Notes: generated from the letters alone by a model not told the origin. DNA of 64,000 nucleotides from Thermodesulfobacteriota bacterium (GCA_965223335.1 OZ244991.1:1536001-1600000); one strand, 5' to 3'. Shown: positions 34,166 through 44,687, numbered from the stretch's first letter. Program-made: numbers and translations.

Positions 34166-35219
34166 TTCAAATACGGCACTTTTGTTTGTATACGGGACTT
34201 TGATGCAGGGGGAATCCCGAAGCCCCTTTCTCGACAATGAAAAACTGATCGACACTGTTTGGGTGCCGGGTGTGATGTTCGATACGATGTTGGGCTATCC
34301 GGCGGCACTCTTCGGAACGGAGTATAAAAAGTGCATATACGGAGAACTATATGAATTGTCTGATCCCCGAACCATGCTCGACCAACTCGATAGTCTCGAG
34401 GGTGTCCAGGATGCTCTTTTCGAGAGGTGTGAGATTGAGGTAGGTGGTTCTGCCGTATATAGCTATGCTGCAGGGGAGTCGCTGGGGGAGTACCTGGTCC
34501 ACCACAACGTAATCAAAGAAGGGGACTGGAGAAAAGTAGGCTCTATAGCCAAGAGCTCACCTCTGGATTTTGCTATTAATTTTGAAAACTCGCAAAAAAG
34601 TATATATAAGGAGCACCCCGAGACCGACCGAATCGGTGCGGTCCATGTTCGCGGCGATATACCTGTTCTGGTCACGGCACCCCATGCGACTGCTCATGTG
34701 AGAGAGGGGAAGTTAAAGCGTCAGGAGTTTTATACCGGGGCGCTTGTACTCTTGATGAACATTCTTGAGGGCTCTCACGCCCTATACACGAACCGGCTCT
34801 CAGAGATTGACCCCAATTACGAGGACGATTGCTACTTCAAAGATAGGCTTACGGAGATTGTAAATGCGCATGATATTCGTTTTGTACTGGATCTCCATGG
34901 CACAGGTAAACGCCACAAGGATATATATCCCGGTGTGGGCGAGTCCAACGAGTTTTTGTTGGGGCACGAGGGTTTAATCGCAGAGCTCAATAATGCCATA
35001 GAACTCAACGGTATTTCAATTGGGGATTATACAACGTTTCCCGCATCTAAGCAGATGACTGTTACAAAGTTTGCAGCCAGAAAGTTAGGTGTGCCTGCGA
35101 TGCAGCTTGAGCTAAACGACTCGCTTAGAAGACCTCTGGACAACAGAGAGAGGTTCCTTGGGCTTGTGAAATTTTTGAGGGATTTTGTGACGAGTATCAA
35201 CGATCTAAGCCCGAGATGA
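34143..35219 (+). CDS. Fusion of gamma-glutamylcyclotransferase (GGCT/AIG2) and a Zn-hydrolase domain (N-formylglutamate amidohydrolase / poly-gamma-glutamate hydrolase-like)
   Basis: N-terminal LFVYGTLM...LDSLEG; C-terminal VTAPHA...E, LDLHG, MQLEL. Confidence 0.7.
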   Translation: MDLTNYRNSNTALLFVYGTLMQGESRSPFLDNEKLIDTVWVPGVMFDTMLGYPAALFGTEYKKCIYGELYELSDPRTMLDQLDSLEGVQDALFERCEIEVGGSAVYSYAAGESLGEYLVHHNVIKEGDWRKVGSIAKSSPLDFAINFENSQKSIYKEHPETDRIGAVHVRGDIPVLVTAPHATAHVREGKLKRQEFYTGALVLLMNILEGSHALYTNRLSEIDPNYEDDCYFKDRLTEIVNAHDIRFVLDLHGTGKRHKDIYPGVGESNEFLLGHEGLIAELNNAIELNGISIGDYTTFPASKQMTVTKFAARKLGVPAMQLELNDSLRRPLDNRERFLGLVKFLRDFVTSINDLSPR

Positions 35220-35241
35220 GTTTTAGGTGCGGATAAATAGA

Positions 35242-38100
35242 TTATTCTGCTAACTGAGAAGCTAGTATTTCCGCAAGATGCGCAGGCCTTCTATTGCCAA
35301 AGTGCTCAATCTGGTGCTCGCACGAGAATCCTGATACAACAATTTCAGTTTCATGACCGCTTGACTCGATCGCTTCCAGAAAACGGTCGTTAGCTATGGC
35401 CTTGGATACGTCATAGTGCTCTTTTTCATAGCCAAAGCTCCCCGCCATCCCGCAGCACCCAGCCCCGCTCTCTTTGACACTGCACCCTGCCATGCTCAGT
35501 AACTCTGTGGATGCATCTGTGCCCATTGCCGATCTTTGATGACAGTGGGCATGAAATAGAACGTCTGGGCCCGAGCTTTTCCATGCGATCTTAAGCCCTT
35601 CATTCACTATCGAGTTGTGTATGAACTCGTCTAGCAGAAACGTGTTCTCTGCAACACTGGTGAGTTCATTGCTCTGGGGTAGCAGGTCAAGATACTCGTC
35701 CCTAAACATCGATATGCAGCTTGGCTCCGTACCCACAATCGGTATACCCTCGCCCGTATACCGGGCCAAGATCGAGGCATTCTTATCGGCGTTTGCTCGG
35801 GCTTGATCCACCATCCCCTTGCTAATAAATGTACGCCCGCAGCAAGCCCTTTCCCTTACGACTATTACTTGATATCCCAGAGTTTCAAGTAATTTGACGG
35901 CGGATAATCCGACACTTGGCTTATAGAACGATGTCCAGGTATCGTGGAAGTACACAACCTGTTTTGTATCCTGATTCGTAGTGTTTTTTGTGCGAGACTC
36001 GAACTCGGCTATAAAGCTTTTGTCTGCGAGCGTGGGGAGAGTCCGCTTGGGGTGGATTCCCGTATATTTTGCAAGTTGGCGAAAGATCACCGAGCCCGAT
36101 ATTAGGTTAGCCGCGACGGGGAACTTGGATGCAATCTGTGACAGTTTGTGGGTATGACCTATGACATGGTCACGAAGCGATATGCCGTGAGCCGTGTTGT
36201 GGTGAGCCAAGACCTCGGTCTTCATTTTGGCAGCGTCCACGCCCGAGGGGCATTCAGTCTTGCACGACTTGCACGATATGCAGAGATCAAACACGGATTT
36301 AGTGGTGTCACTGCGGAGATCTGTTAACGGGAGTTGGCCTGATAGTATGGAGCGGAGTATATTGGCCCTTGCTCTGGTCGTGTCTTGTTCGTCACGAGTA
36401 GCCATAAATGACGGGCACATGATGGTACTTCCGAGTTTCCTACACACCCCCTGTCCGTTACACATATCTACGGCCTCTGTTATGCTCCTGTCCCGATTCC
36501 AGTCTAAATATGTATTCAGTCCACCGGTTATGTTCTTGCGGCTATATCGTAAATTCTCGTCGATAGGTTCGGAGCCGACTACTTTGCCGGGGTTTAATAT
36601 CCCATCGGGATCGAATGCCTCTTTTAGCTGCTGCATAGCGTCATAGATCTCGGGACCGAAAAGAGTCTTATTAAGGCTTGTCCTCTGCAGACCGTCACCG
36701 TGCTCGCCGCTTAGGACCCCGGCATATTTAAGCGCAAGCTCGCATGCCCCATCCGTGAGCTCTTTCATCACACCTATACCTTTGTCTGATTTAAGGTTTA
36801 CCAGAGGCCTTATATGCAGGCATCCCGCACTCGCATGCCCGTAGTAACCGGCTCGTGTGCCGACACTTGTGATCAGCTCTTGTACATCGCTTACATATTC
36901 ACCCAAGTTCTCTACTGGCACAGAGACATCTTCGATGCACGGTATGGGTTTTTGATCCCCCCGCGTACTCATTAACAGCCCAAGCCCGGCACGCCTTAGC
37001 TCCCATACTTGCTCCTGCTCGTGCACACTCAATGCATACGAGACATTACACCGTACATTGCCCTCTAGGTGTTTACGCAGTTCATCGGCTTTGTTTCTTA
37101 TCTGCTTATCAGTCTCCCCGTAAAACTCTACTACCAGCACTGCATCGGGGTTGCCCTCTATGAATCTCAGAAGTCTTGAGTATGGGGTACCTCTGGTCAG
37201 GTCAATTAACATCTTGTCGATTAACTCGATGGCCGAGGGCTCTTTTTCTAAAATCACAGGTACGGCATCCATTGCACTCCTAATGTCGCCGAACTGAAGA
37301 ATCACCAATCCACGTAGTGCGGGTATAGGGACTAGGTTTAGTGTGAGCTCAGTTGCGACGGCGAGCGTGCCTTCAGATGAAGCAAGCAATTTTGCGGTGT
37401 TAAGGGGTTTTTCTATTAGGTAGTTTAGGCTGTAACCCGATGCCCTTCGCCAGTGTTTTGGGAATTTTTCTTGAATATTTTTCTCGTGTGTCTCGATAAT
37501 TGTATGTAGCTTCTGAGAGATTCTACCTGGGGGACTATTCTCAAGTTCCTCCCGAGAGACTTGTCCCAGATCGCAAACACTACCGTCGCTGAGGACGACT
37601 TTGGACCTGAGCACATTATCCCCCGCCATCCCGTATAGAATCGAGTGTGCCCCGGTGGCGTTATTTGCCACTGCCCCACCTACCGTGGCCATCTTGGCAC
37701 TTGAGGGGTCAGGGCCGAACATTAAGCTGTGTGTGGCGAGCTTGCGATTTAGGACCTCAAGGTTTATACCCGGCTCCACGGTGACCGTTTTGTGCTCGGT
37801 ATCTATGCCGATGATCCTGTTTAAGTACTTTGAGAAGTCTATGACAATAGAAGGACCGACGGCCTGCCCGGCAAGGCTTGTGCCCCCGCCCCTGGGCAGT
37901 ATCGACGCGTGATGCGACCTCGCTATGTTTATTATATGAATCACCTCATCGACTGTTTTAGGGATTACTACCCCAACGGGCTCGATGCAGTAGTTGCTTG
38001 CGTCGGTGCTGTAGAGCGTTCGGCTGAGTTTGTCGAACCTGATCTCGCCGCTTATTAGGTCTCTTAGCTCACCCGCTATTTGTGAAGTTAATCCGTTCAT
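35242..38100 (-). CDS. FAD-binding and Fe-S oxidoreductase (YdiJ / GlcD+GlcF-like 2-hydroxyacid dehydrogenase)
   Basis: YSTDASNY, PRGGGTSLAGQ, HASAGCLH, SGEHGDG, LNPGK, CISCKSCKTECP, CCG domains; start moved to ATG 38100. Confidence 0.9.
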   Translation of the reverse strand: MNGLTSQIAGELRDLISGEIRFDKLSRTLYSTDASNYCIEPVGVVIPKTVDEVIHIINIARSHHASILPRGGGTSLAGQAVGPSIVIDFSKYLNRIIGIDTEHKTVTVEPGINLEVLNRKLATHSLMFGPDPSSAKMATVGGAVANNATGAHSILYGMAGDNVLRSKVVLSDGSVCDLGQVSREELENSPPGRISQKLHTIIETHEKNIQEKFPKHWRRASGYSLNYLIEKPLNTAKLLASSEGTLAVATELTLNLVPIPALRGLVILQFGDIRSAMDAVPVILEKEPSAIELIDKMLIDLTRGTPYSRLLRFIEGNPDAVLVVEFYGETDKQIRNKADELRKHLEGNVRCNVSYALSVHEQEQVWELRRAGLGLLMSTRGDQKPIPCIEDVSVPVENLGEYVSDVQELITSVGTRAGYYGHASAGCLHIRPLVNLKSDKGIGVMKELTDGACELALKYAGVLSGEHGDGLQRTSLNKTLFGPEIYDAMQQLKEAFDPDGILNPGKVVGSEPIDENLRYSRKNITGGLNTYLDWNRDRSITEAVDMCNGQGVCRKLGSTIMCPSFMATRDEQDTTRARANILRSILSGQLPLTDLRSDTTKSVFDLCISCKSCKTECPSGVDAAKMKTEVLAHHNTAHGISLRDHVIGHTHKLSQIASKFPVAANLISGSVIFRQLAKYTGIHPKRTLPTLADKSFIAEFESRTKNTTNQDTKQVVYFHDTWTSFYKPSVGLSAVKLLETLGYQVIVVRERACCGRTFISKGMVDQARANADKNASILARYTGEGIPIVGTEPSCISMFRDEYLDLLPQSNELTSVAENTFLLDEFIHNSIVNEGLKIAWKSSGPDVLFHAHCHQRSAMGTDASTELLSMAGCSVKESGAGCCGMAGSFGYEKEHYDVSKAIANDRFLEAIESSGHETEIVVSGFSCEHQIEHFGNRRPAHLAEILASQLAE

Positions 38101-38272
38101 CTCGATACCCGGGATAGAAAGAGTAGTATAACCATTAAATAGCATCGGTGAGGTTATCAAGATCATAGAGGTATTTTGAGATATATATTAGTGGCTTATA
38201 AAAAAGTTAGGTATGATAACGAGTCCATTTTTTATTTGGCGGTGTTCAAATAACTAAGAAATCAACCTATCT

Positions 38273-38932
38273 ATGAGATCTGCATTAATTCCTGTTAAAG
38301 ACCTTTCGTGGGCAAACGAGAGGTTGTCCGAGGTCCTCATACAAGAGCTTAGGACCGAGCTTGCATACGCAATGCTGAGCGATGTGCTACGTGCGCTCGG
38401 GGGGTCGGAGCTATTAGACCGCATATATATCGTTACTTTGGATAAAAACGCCATCAATATTGCGGAGGAGTTCGGAGTCGAGGTGATCTTGGAGGAGGAG
38501 CAGGCAGGGGAGAGCTCGTCTGTGGATTACGGATCGCGAATATGCATGGAACTAGGGTCGGAATCGGTGCTTGTTATCCCGGGTGATGCACCTCTGATAA
38601 CATCTGAGGATATAGATTCGGTTCTGGCCGAGGACTGCCCGGACTCAAAAGAGTTAATAATACTAGTCCCTTCGCGTGACGAACTTGGGACAAACGCTAT
38701 TTTCAGAAAACCCCCCGATGCCATCGCGTCACAGTTCGGGCACGATAGCTATAGGAAACACAAGGCACTCGCCGAGCAGAACCATATTCCGTACAAAACC
38801 CTCGTGAATCCCAGGATTGGGCTTGATATTGATAACCCCGATGACTTGCAGGCTTTTCTTGAGAACCCTAGCGATACTGATACATTTAGGGCATTGATTA
38901 AGATAGGATACTTGCTCGAGGCAACTGACTGA
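38273..38932 (+). CDS. cofC: 2-phospho-L-lactate/PEP guanylyltransferase (coenzyme F420 biosynthesis)
   Basis: IPVK...RL, AML.DVL, PGDAPL, GTNA, FG.DSY..H, DIDNPDDL. Confidence 0.88.
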   Translation: MRSALIPVKDLSWANERLSEVLIQELRTELAYAMLSDVLRALGGSELLDRIYIVTLDKNAINIAEEFGVEVILEEEQAGESSSVDYGSRICMELGSESVLVIPGDAPLITSEDIDSVLAEDCPDSKELIILVPSRDELGTNAIFRKPPDAIASQFGHDSYRKHKALAEQNHIPYKTLVNPRIGLDIDNPDDLQAFLENPSDTDTFRALIKIGYLLEATD

Positions 38933-38949
38933 GATTCACAAAGAGCAAA

Positions 38950-40380
38950 TTAGATTAAATTTACAACCATAAGCTTTAACTCAGTCATTTCCTCAATGGC
39001 GTATTTTAGACCTTCTCGCCCTGTGCCCGAGTCTTTAACTCCCCCGTACGGCATGTTCTCTACCCTAAAGCTCGGGTAGTCGTTTACTACCACCCCGCCC
39101 ACATCTAAAGACTCATAGGCTTTAAAGGCATTCTTCATGTTTTTCGTGAACACACCAGCCTGTAATCCATATCTAGAGTTGTTTGCACTTTTGAGTGCAT
39201 CGTCGAATTCTGAGAATCTCTCTATATGAACCACAGGGCCGAATACCTCGTTGCAGCTCAGGTTTACATTCGGGGGCACATCTGTAAGCACTGTGGGCTC
39301 AATCAGGTTGCCGTCGCGGCCACCACCCAGTAGCATCTGGGCCCCTTTATCCTGAGCTTCTTCGATCCAGCTCATGATCCTGTCTGCTGAGTGTGAATCG
39401 ATTACCGGGCCCACATCTGTGTCCTCGAGCATGGGGTCGCCTAGTTTTAGTTTGTTTGTGGCATCTAAAAAGAGGTCTAAAAACTTATCGTATGTATTTT
39501 CATGTACATAGATCCTCTGAACCGATATACAGCTCTGCCCCGCCTGATAGAAAGCCCCCCAGGCGTTGCGGGCAGCTGCGAACTCAATCTCGGGTGGGTT
39601 GTGGTCGATTATCGTGGCTGCGTTGCCCCCGAGTTCGAGCGTGACATTCTTTTTCGAGTACTTGCTCATGAGCGACCAGCCGATCTCGTCGCTTCCCGTA
39701 AACGAGATCTTCTTTATCTCGGGCGCTTCGAGTACCGTGTCCATCTCACTGCCTGGTACCGGGATTATGTTGAATGCTCCTTTTGCGAGCCCGGCCTCTT
39801 GGGCCACCTCGCCCAACATCAATGCCGAGACCGGGGTTTGCGATGCGGGTTTTAATACTATAGCGTTTCCCGATGCCACCGCAGGCGCTACCTTATGAGC
39901 GACCAGATTTAGTGGAAAATTAAAAGGAGCAATCCCCATGATCACACCTAGTGGGAAACGCCTGGCCAATCCGAACCTGTCCTCATTCCCTGGCACTATA
40001 TCGAGAGGTACTATTTCGCCTCCTGCAAACCTGTTGGCCTCTTCGGCCGCCACGCTAAAGGTAGCCATAGCCCGCTCGACCTCCACTCGGGCAGTCTTAA
40101 GGGGTTTGCCGCCCTCTAGGACAAGTGTTTTGGCAAACTCCTCTTTACGTGAGCCTATGCCGTCTACAATTTTGCTTAGAATTTTAGATCTAAGATGGCT
40201 GGGTGTCGTTTTAAAATCTTCAAAGGCGGACTGAGCACTCTTAATAGATTCGGCTATGTCCTTTTTGGTCGGGATATTGATAACGGCTACAACACTCTGA
40301 TCGTATGGGTTTTTGATCTCCTTCTTATTATCGCTTCCCTTCCACACCCCATTGATTAAGTATTGGTATTCTTTAGGCAT
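38950..40380 (-). CDS. Aldehyde dehydrogenase (ALDH21 / lactaldehyde dehydrogenase-like group)
   Basis: PFNFPLNLVAHKVAPA, LKPAS, FTGS, LELGGN, GQSCIS, EVFGP, MPYGGVKDSG. Confidence 0.93.
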   Translation of the reverse strand: MPKEYQYLINGVWKGSDNKKEIKNPYDQSVVAVINIPTKKDIAESIKSAQSAFEDFKTTPSHLRSKILSKIVDGIGSRKEEFAKTLVLEGGKPLKTARVEVERAMATFSVAAEEANRFAGGEIVPLDIVPGNEDRFGLARRFPLGVIMGIAPFNFPLNLVAHKVAPAVASGNAIVLKPASQTPVSALMLGEVAQEAGLAKGAFNIIPVPGSEMDTVLEAPEIKKISFTGSDEIGWSLMSKYSKKNVTLELGGNAATIIDHNPPEIEFAAARNAWGAFYQAGQSCISVQRIYVHENTYDKFLDLFLDATNKLKLGDPMLEDTDVGPVIDSHSADRIMSWIEEAQDKGAQMLLGGGRDGNLIEPTVLTDVPPNVNLSCNEVFGPVVHIERFSEFDDALKSANNSRYGLQAGVFTKNMKNAFKAYESLDVGGVVVNDYPSFRVENMPYGGVKDSGTGREGLKYAIEEMTELKLMVVNLI

Positions 40381-40416
40381 ACTCGTATACCTCTTGATTT
40401 TGGTTAAACCGCTTGT

Positions 40417-41250
40417 CTAAATCTCTAGAATATCCAAGTTGGGTTTCTCGGGGATTAAGTTTTTCTGGTAAGCCCTATCAAATAAGTATTCCAGAGCCGC
40501 TTTCCCCTTCTCCCCCAGGTCCTGCGTGTACTCGTTTACGTACATTAAGACAAATTGCTCACCCACCTCTTCCTCCATCCCTCTCCCGAACTCGAGTGCA
40601 TACTCTAGAGCTTCGGCCTTATGATCCAGTGCATAGTTGATGCTCTCTCGGTGGACTCTTAGTATCTCTTTTTGCAGGTCCTCGTCTATTGCTCGTTTTA
40701 CAACATTTAGTCCCAGGGGTAGGGGCAGTGGTGTGTCATTGGCCCAGAGCTCCCCCAGGTCGAACAATAGTTCAAGGTTTAGGTCTTTATATGTGAGCTG
40801 TCCCTCGTGTATGAGTAGACCGGTCTCAATCTCGCCCCGGCTTACCGCCGGCATTATCTCGTCAAATGGCATCTCCACCGGTATGAACCCGTCAGCATAT
40901 ATACAAAGAAGCAGATACGCGCTCGTGAGCTTGCCCGGGACACCGATCCTCCTTCCCTCTAAGCTAGGCACTTTGTCCTTGGCTACGACTATCGGCCCGT
41001 AACCCTCGCCCATGCTGGCTCCGCACGAGAGGATCCTGTAGCGGTCCTGTACTTTTAAATAACCGTGTGCCGAGATTGCTGTTACCTCGAGTTCACTGTT
41101 AAGCGCCCTTTGGTTGAGTGACTGTATATCCTCTATCACGTGCTCGAAATCGATCCTATCGGATACTACTTTGTCTTTTGCTATGGCATAGAACATAAAC
41201 GCATCGTCAGCATCTGGACTGTGTCCGAGTCTCATCTTAATCTTACTCAA
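40417..41250 (-). CDS. mqnD: 1,4-dihydroxy-6-naphthoate synthase (futalosine pathway)
   Basis: GHSPDADDAFMF, DIQSLNQRA, GEGYGP, IHEGQLTY, PLPLG, MYVNE. Confidence 0.92.
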   Translation of the reverse strand: MSKIKMRLGHSPDADDAFMFYAIAKDKVVSDRIDFEHVIEDIQSLNQRALNSELEVTAISAHGYLKVQDRYRILSCGASMGEGYGPIVVAKDKVPSLEGRRIGVPGKLTSAYLLLCIYADGFIPVEMPFDEIMPAVSRGEIETGLLIHEGQLTYKDLNLELLFDLGELWANDTPLPLPLGLNVVKRAIDEDLQKEILRVHRESINYALDHKAEALEYALEFGRGMEEEVGEQFVLMYVNEYTQDLGEKGKAALEYLFDRAYQKNLIPEKPNLDILEI

Positions 41251-41300
41251 GTCAAACCTCCTAACTCGTTAAAAGTGATTTTTGTGTAATTATTCTCGTA

Positions 41301-42095
41301 TTAACTACAAAAATTCAGTTCTGTGATCAGTTCTACTTCACCCATTTTGTTTAGATATTCGTTATATTTTAATATCCCTTTGCGCTCATTGGGACCTAGG
41401 TTGTAGAAGATCCTTTCAGTCAAATATCGCAGACATGCATCCTCGGGAATATCGATTACCTTTGATTCTTTAGACGCTATTTTCTCTACATCCTGCATCC
41501 CGAGATCAAATGACTGCTTGAGTGCGTCCAGTACACCGCTTAGTTCAGTGTCTTGGTGTGCTGCAAATACTGCATACACAAACGGTGTGCAGGTGTACTC
41601 GGTCCATAGTTCTCCCAAATCGTAAACATTGTAGCCGTTTGGAGGGTTCAGGCAATACTCAAGCCCGGTGTTTCCAATAATCATGCCCCCGTCTACGTCA
41701 TCGAGAAAACCGCTAGATGGCGTTTTGGGGACGTATTGGGGTTTAACCCCCACAAACAACTCCATGATAATCCCTAGAAGCGCCGTCGAGCTCTGGGACC
41801 TGTTATCGACAGCGATCAGTTTGGTTTGTTCAATCTCTTTTTTTGTAACCAGCACCACACTGTCAACTTTGCCGTTAGAGCTTATACATAGATCGGGCAA
41901 CACCATGTAATCGTTATGTTTAAGTAACTCGGCAACAGGTATGAGGCCCAGATCCACTTGGCGGGCTCGAAGCATCTGGGAGAGCTCCGAGGGAGGGACA
42001 CTCACAACATTGAGGTCGTGCTCAAAGAGGTTGTTCTCTATACCGTACAAAAGGGGTTTTGCATTTAGGAACGGTACTGAACCGAGAGTGGTCAA
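41301..42095 (-). CDS. mqnA: Chorismate dehydratase (futalosine pathway)
   Basis: VPFLNAKPL, ISSNGKVDSV, SQSSTAL, DLGELW, PFVYAVF. Confidence 0.9.
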   Translation of the reverse strand: MTTLGSVPFLNAKPLLYGIENNLFEHDLNVVSVPPSELSQMLRARQVDLGLIPVAELLKHNDYMVLPDLCISSNGKVDSVVLVTKKEIEQTKLIAVDNRSQSSTALLGIIMELFVGVKPQYVPKTPSSGFLDDVDGGMIIGNTGLEYCLNPPNGYNVYDLGELWTEYTCTPFVYAVFAAHQDTELSGVLDALKQSFDLGMQDVEKIASKESKVIDIPEDACLRYLTERIFYNLGPNERKGILKYNEYLNKMGEVELITELNFCS

Positions 42096-42153
42096 TCATT
42101 ATCTCCTGTTTGTATAAGTTCTTGGTGTATATAAAGGATAAGGAAAATAATTT

Positions 42154-43203
42154 CTATAGTAAGCTTAATTCCCCTTCCCATTTTTTAGGCAAGAATATAC
42201 TTTCGTAAATAGATATCGCAAATGTATCGGTCATCCCCGCGATGAAATCGCACACGGTGCGCTCTACGGAGTCTTCTTCTCGCGGTTTCCGTTTGTAGTG
42301 GGTCTCTAGTTCTCGGGGGTTTTCACAAAAGTATTCGTAGAGCTCTTTAACGACCTTCTGTGCCTTTATAAAATTGTTTCTAATCTTATCATTCATATAT
42401 ACGGTGTTAAACAGGTACTCTCTTAGTTCGAGCATTGCCTGTTCGACCTCGGGGCTTACTTTGACTATGCCATTTGGGTCATTCTGAGTTTCATGAATGA
42501 TATCGGTTACCATTCTGTTTATTCTTTTAGAGTTGGTTGTGCCAAGCACATCGATGCAGTCCTTGGGGACGTCTTCAATGCTGATTATCTCTGCACGGAT
42601 CGCATCGTCCAGGTCGTGGTTGGCATAAGCCACCAGGTCCGAGATCCTCACAACCTGCCCCTCCATGGTCTCGGGCATGATCTTGGGGTTCTCTAACGGG
42701 CCCATACCCTTGGAGTGTTTCGAGATACCGTCGCGCACCTCGTAGGTGAGGTTAAGACCCTTGCCCCCGCGTTCCAACACATCTACAACCCTAAGGCTGT
42801 GTATGACGTGCTTAAACCCCTCGGGGTAGATCTCGTTTAGCATTGCCTCGCCGGCGTGGCCAAACGGGGTGTGCCCCAGGTCGTGTCCCAGTGCTATGGC
42901 CTCTGTCAGGTCTTCGTTAAGTCGTAGTGCCCTTGATATGGTCCTTGCGATCTGGGCTACCTCGATTACATGCGTCAAACGCGTGCGGTAATGGTCGTCT
43001 GTAGGGGAGAGAAACACCTGGGTCTTGTGCTTCATCCTTCTGAACGATTTCGAGTGGATTATTCTGTCACGGTCCCGCTGGTAGTCTGTACGTACCCCGC
43101 AGGGCTCTTCGGGTGTTATTCTCCCCTTGGACTCAGCACTAAGCGATGCGTGGGGGGATAGCGACTCTCTTTCAATCTGTTCGGTTTTTTGTCGGATGGA
43201 CAT
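42154..43203 (-). CDS. dgt: Deoxyguanosinetriphosphate triphosphohydrolase (HD domain)
   Basis: RTDYQRDRDRIIHS, KTQVF, RTRLTH, GHDLGHTPFGHAGE, DFIAGMTD. Confidence 0.95.
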   Translation of the reverse strand: MSIRQKTEQIERESLSPHASLSAESKGRITPEEPCGVRTDYQRDRDRIIHSKSFRRMKHKTQVFLSPTDDHYRTRLTHVIEVAQIARTISRALRLNEDLTEAIALGHDLGHTPFGHAGEAMLNEIYPEGFKHVIHSLRVVDVLERGGKGLNLTYEVRDGISKHSKGMGPLENPKIMPETMEGQVVRISDLVAYANHDLDDAIRAEIISIEDVPKDCIDVLGTTNSKRINRMVTDIIHETQNDPNGIVKVSPEVEQAMLELREYLFNTVYMNDKIRNNFIKAQKVVKELYEYFCENPRELETHYKRKPREEDSVERTVCDFIAGMTDTFAISIYESIFLPKKWEGELSLL

Positions 43204-43206
43204 GTT

Positions 43207-43968
43207 TTATACTCTTACCGATACACCCTGTTCTTTCATAAAGGCTTTAGCTTCCGCTATTGAGTATTCACCGTAATGAAATATTGAAGCCACTAGCACT
43301 GCGTCTGCTTCCCCGAGTTTTACACCCTCGGCCAGGTGGGCCAGGTTGCCTGCACCCCCCGATGCTATCACAGGGATGCCCACCGCTCTCGCCACCGCCT
43401 TTGTGAGCGTGAGGTCATAGCCCGACTTGGTGCCGTCTTTGTCCATGCTTGTAAGCAGTATCTCGCCTGCCCCGTTGGATTCCATTTTGGTGACCCATTC
43501 TAGAGCGTCTATGCCTGTGGGGTTCCTACCCCCGTGTGTGTAAACCTCCCATCGGTCTTTGCCTGCTGACCTTGCGTCCACTGCAACCACGATGCACTGG
43601 CTTCCGAACCGATCCGCGGCCTCTTTTACAAACTCGGGGTTTTTTACCGCTGCCGTGTTTATCGAGACCTTATCGGCACCTGCCAATAAAAGCGCCCTTA
43701 CATCCTCAAGCGTGCGCACACCCCCGCCCACAGTGAGAGGGACAAACACCTCCCCCGCGGTCTGCTCCACCACATGAATCATGGTGTTTCTCTCTTCGTG
43801 CGAAGCTGTAATATCGAGAAAGCATATTTCGTCAGCACCCTGTTCGCTGTACTTTTTTGCAATCTCCACAGGGTCGCCCGCATCACGCAGGTTTACAAAA
43901 TTCACACCTTTCACTACGCGCCCGTCTTTAACGTCGAGGCATGGGATTATTCTTTTGGATAGTGTCAT
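43207..43968 (-). CDS. hisF: Imidazole glycerol phosphate synthase subunit HisF
   Basis: [36 protein letters not shown]. Confidence 0.98.
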   Translation of the reverse strand: MTLSKRIIPCLDVKDGRVVKGVNFVNLRDAGDPVEIAKKYSEQGADEICFLDITASHEERNTMIHVVEQTAGEVFVPLTVGGGVRTLEDVRALLLAGADKVSINTAAVKNPEFVKEAADRFGSQCIVVAVDARSAGKDRWEVYTHGGRNPTGIDALEWVTKMESNGAGEILLTSMDKDGTKSGYDLTLTKAVARAVGIPVIASGGAGNLAHLAEGVKLGEADAVLVASIFHYGEYSIAEAKAFMKEQGVSVRV

Positions 43969-44687
43969 GAGTATTTCTCTATGGCTGCTCGCAGATCTAT
44001 GTCCCCGGTGTAGATCGAGCGGCCGAGTATCACTCCGGTTAACCCCTCCGGTTCCAATGTCGATAGTTTGTCTAGGTCCTGCATCCGTGCTATCCCACCC
44101 GATGCTACTACGGGCATGGGGGATGAATCCAAAAATGATTTAACCGAGTCCAAGTTTATGCCCTCCATTGTGCCGTCGCGATCCACATTGGTAAATATAG
44201 TTATAGGTACCCCGGCCTCCTCAAGGCGTGTTAGTACCGAGGCCGTGTCCTCTTCCACCACCTCTTTCCAGCCCCTAACTGCTATGCGCCCGTTTTTAGT
44301 ATCTAGGCCCACGGCTATCTTTCCCGGGTAGAGGTTGCATGCATCTTTGACAAAATCGGGGTCTGTAATAGCAGCGGTGCCTATTATTACCCTGCTTACC
44401 CCAAGCTCGATGTATCTCGCGACTGTGTCAAGGTTTCTTATCCCTCCGCCCAACTGGACCTCGCACGTAACACTTTTTACAATCTGTTCGATGGATTCGC
44501 TGTTTTTAGGGTTCCCTGTGAAAGCACCGTCCAGGTCCACAACGTGGATCCATTGTGCTCCCAGGCTCTGCCACTTACGGGCGATCTCAGCAGGGTTCTC
44601 CGAAAATACGGTCTCTGTTCCTTCCTCGCCCTTTAGCAGTCGCACACATCTGCCGTCTTTTAGATCAATTGCGGGTATTATCAGCAT
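43965..44687 (-). CDS. hisA: ProFAR isomerase HisA
   Basis: [40 protein letters not shown]. Confidence 0.97.
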   Translation of the reverse strand: MLIIPAIDLKDGRCVRLLKGEEGTETVFSENPAEIARKWQSLGAQWIHVVDLDGAFTGNPKNSESIEQIVKSVTCEVQLGGGIRNLDTVARYIELGVSRVIIGTAAITDPDFVKDACNLYPGKIAVGLDTKNGRIAVRGWKEVVEEDTASVLTRLEEAGVPITIFTNVDRDGTMEGINLDSVKSFLDSSPMPVVASGGIARMQDLDKLSTLEPEGLTGVILGRSIYTGDIDLRAAIEKYS

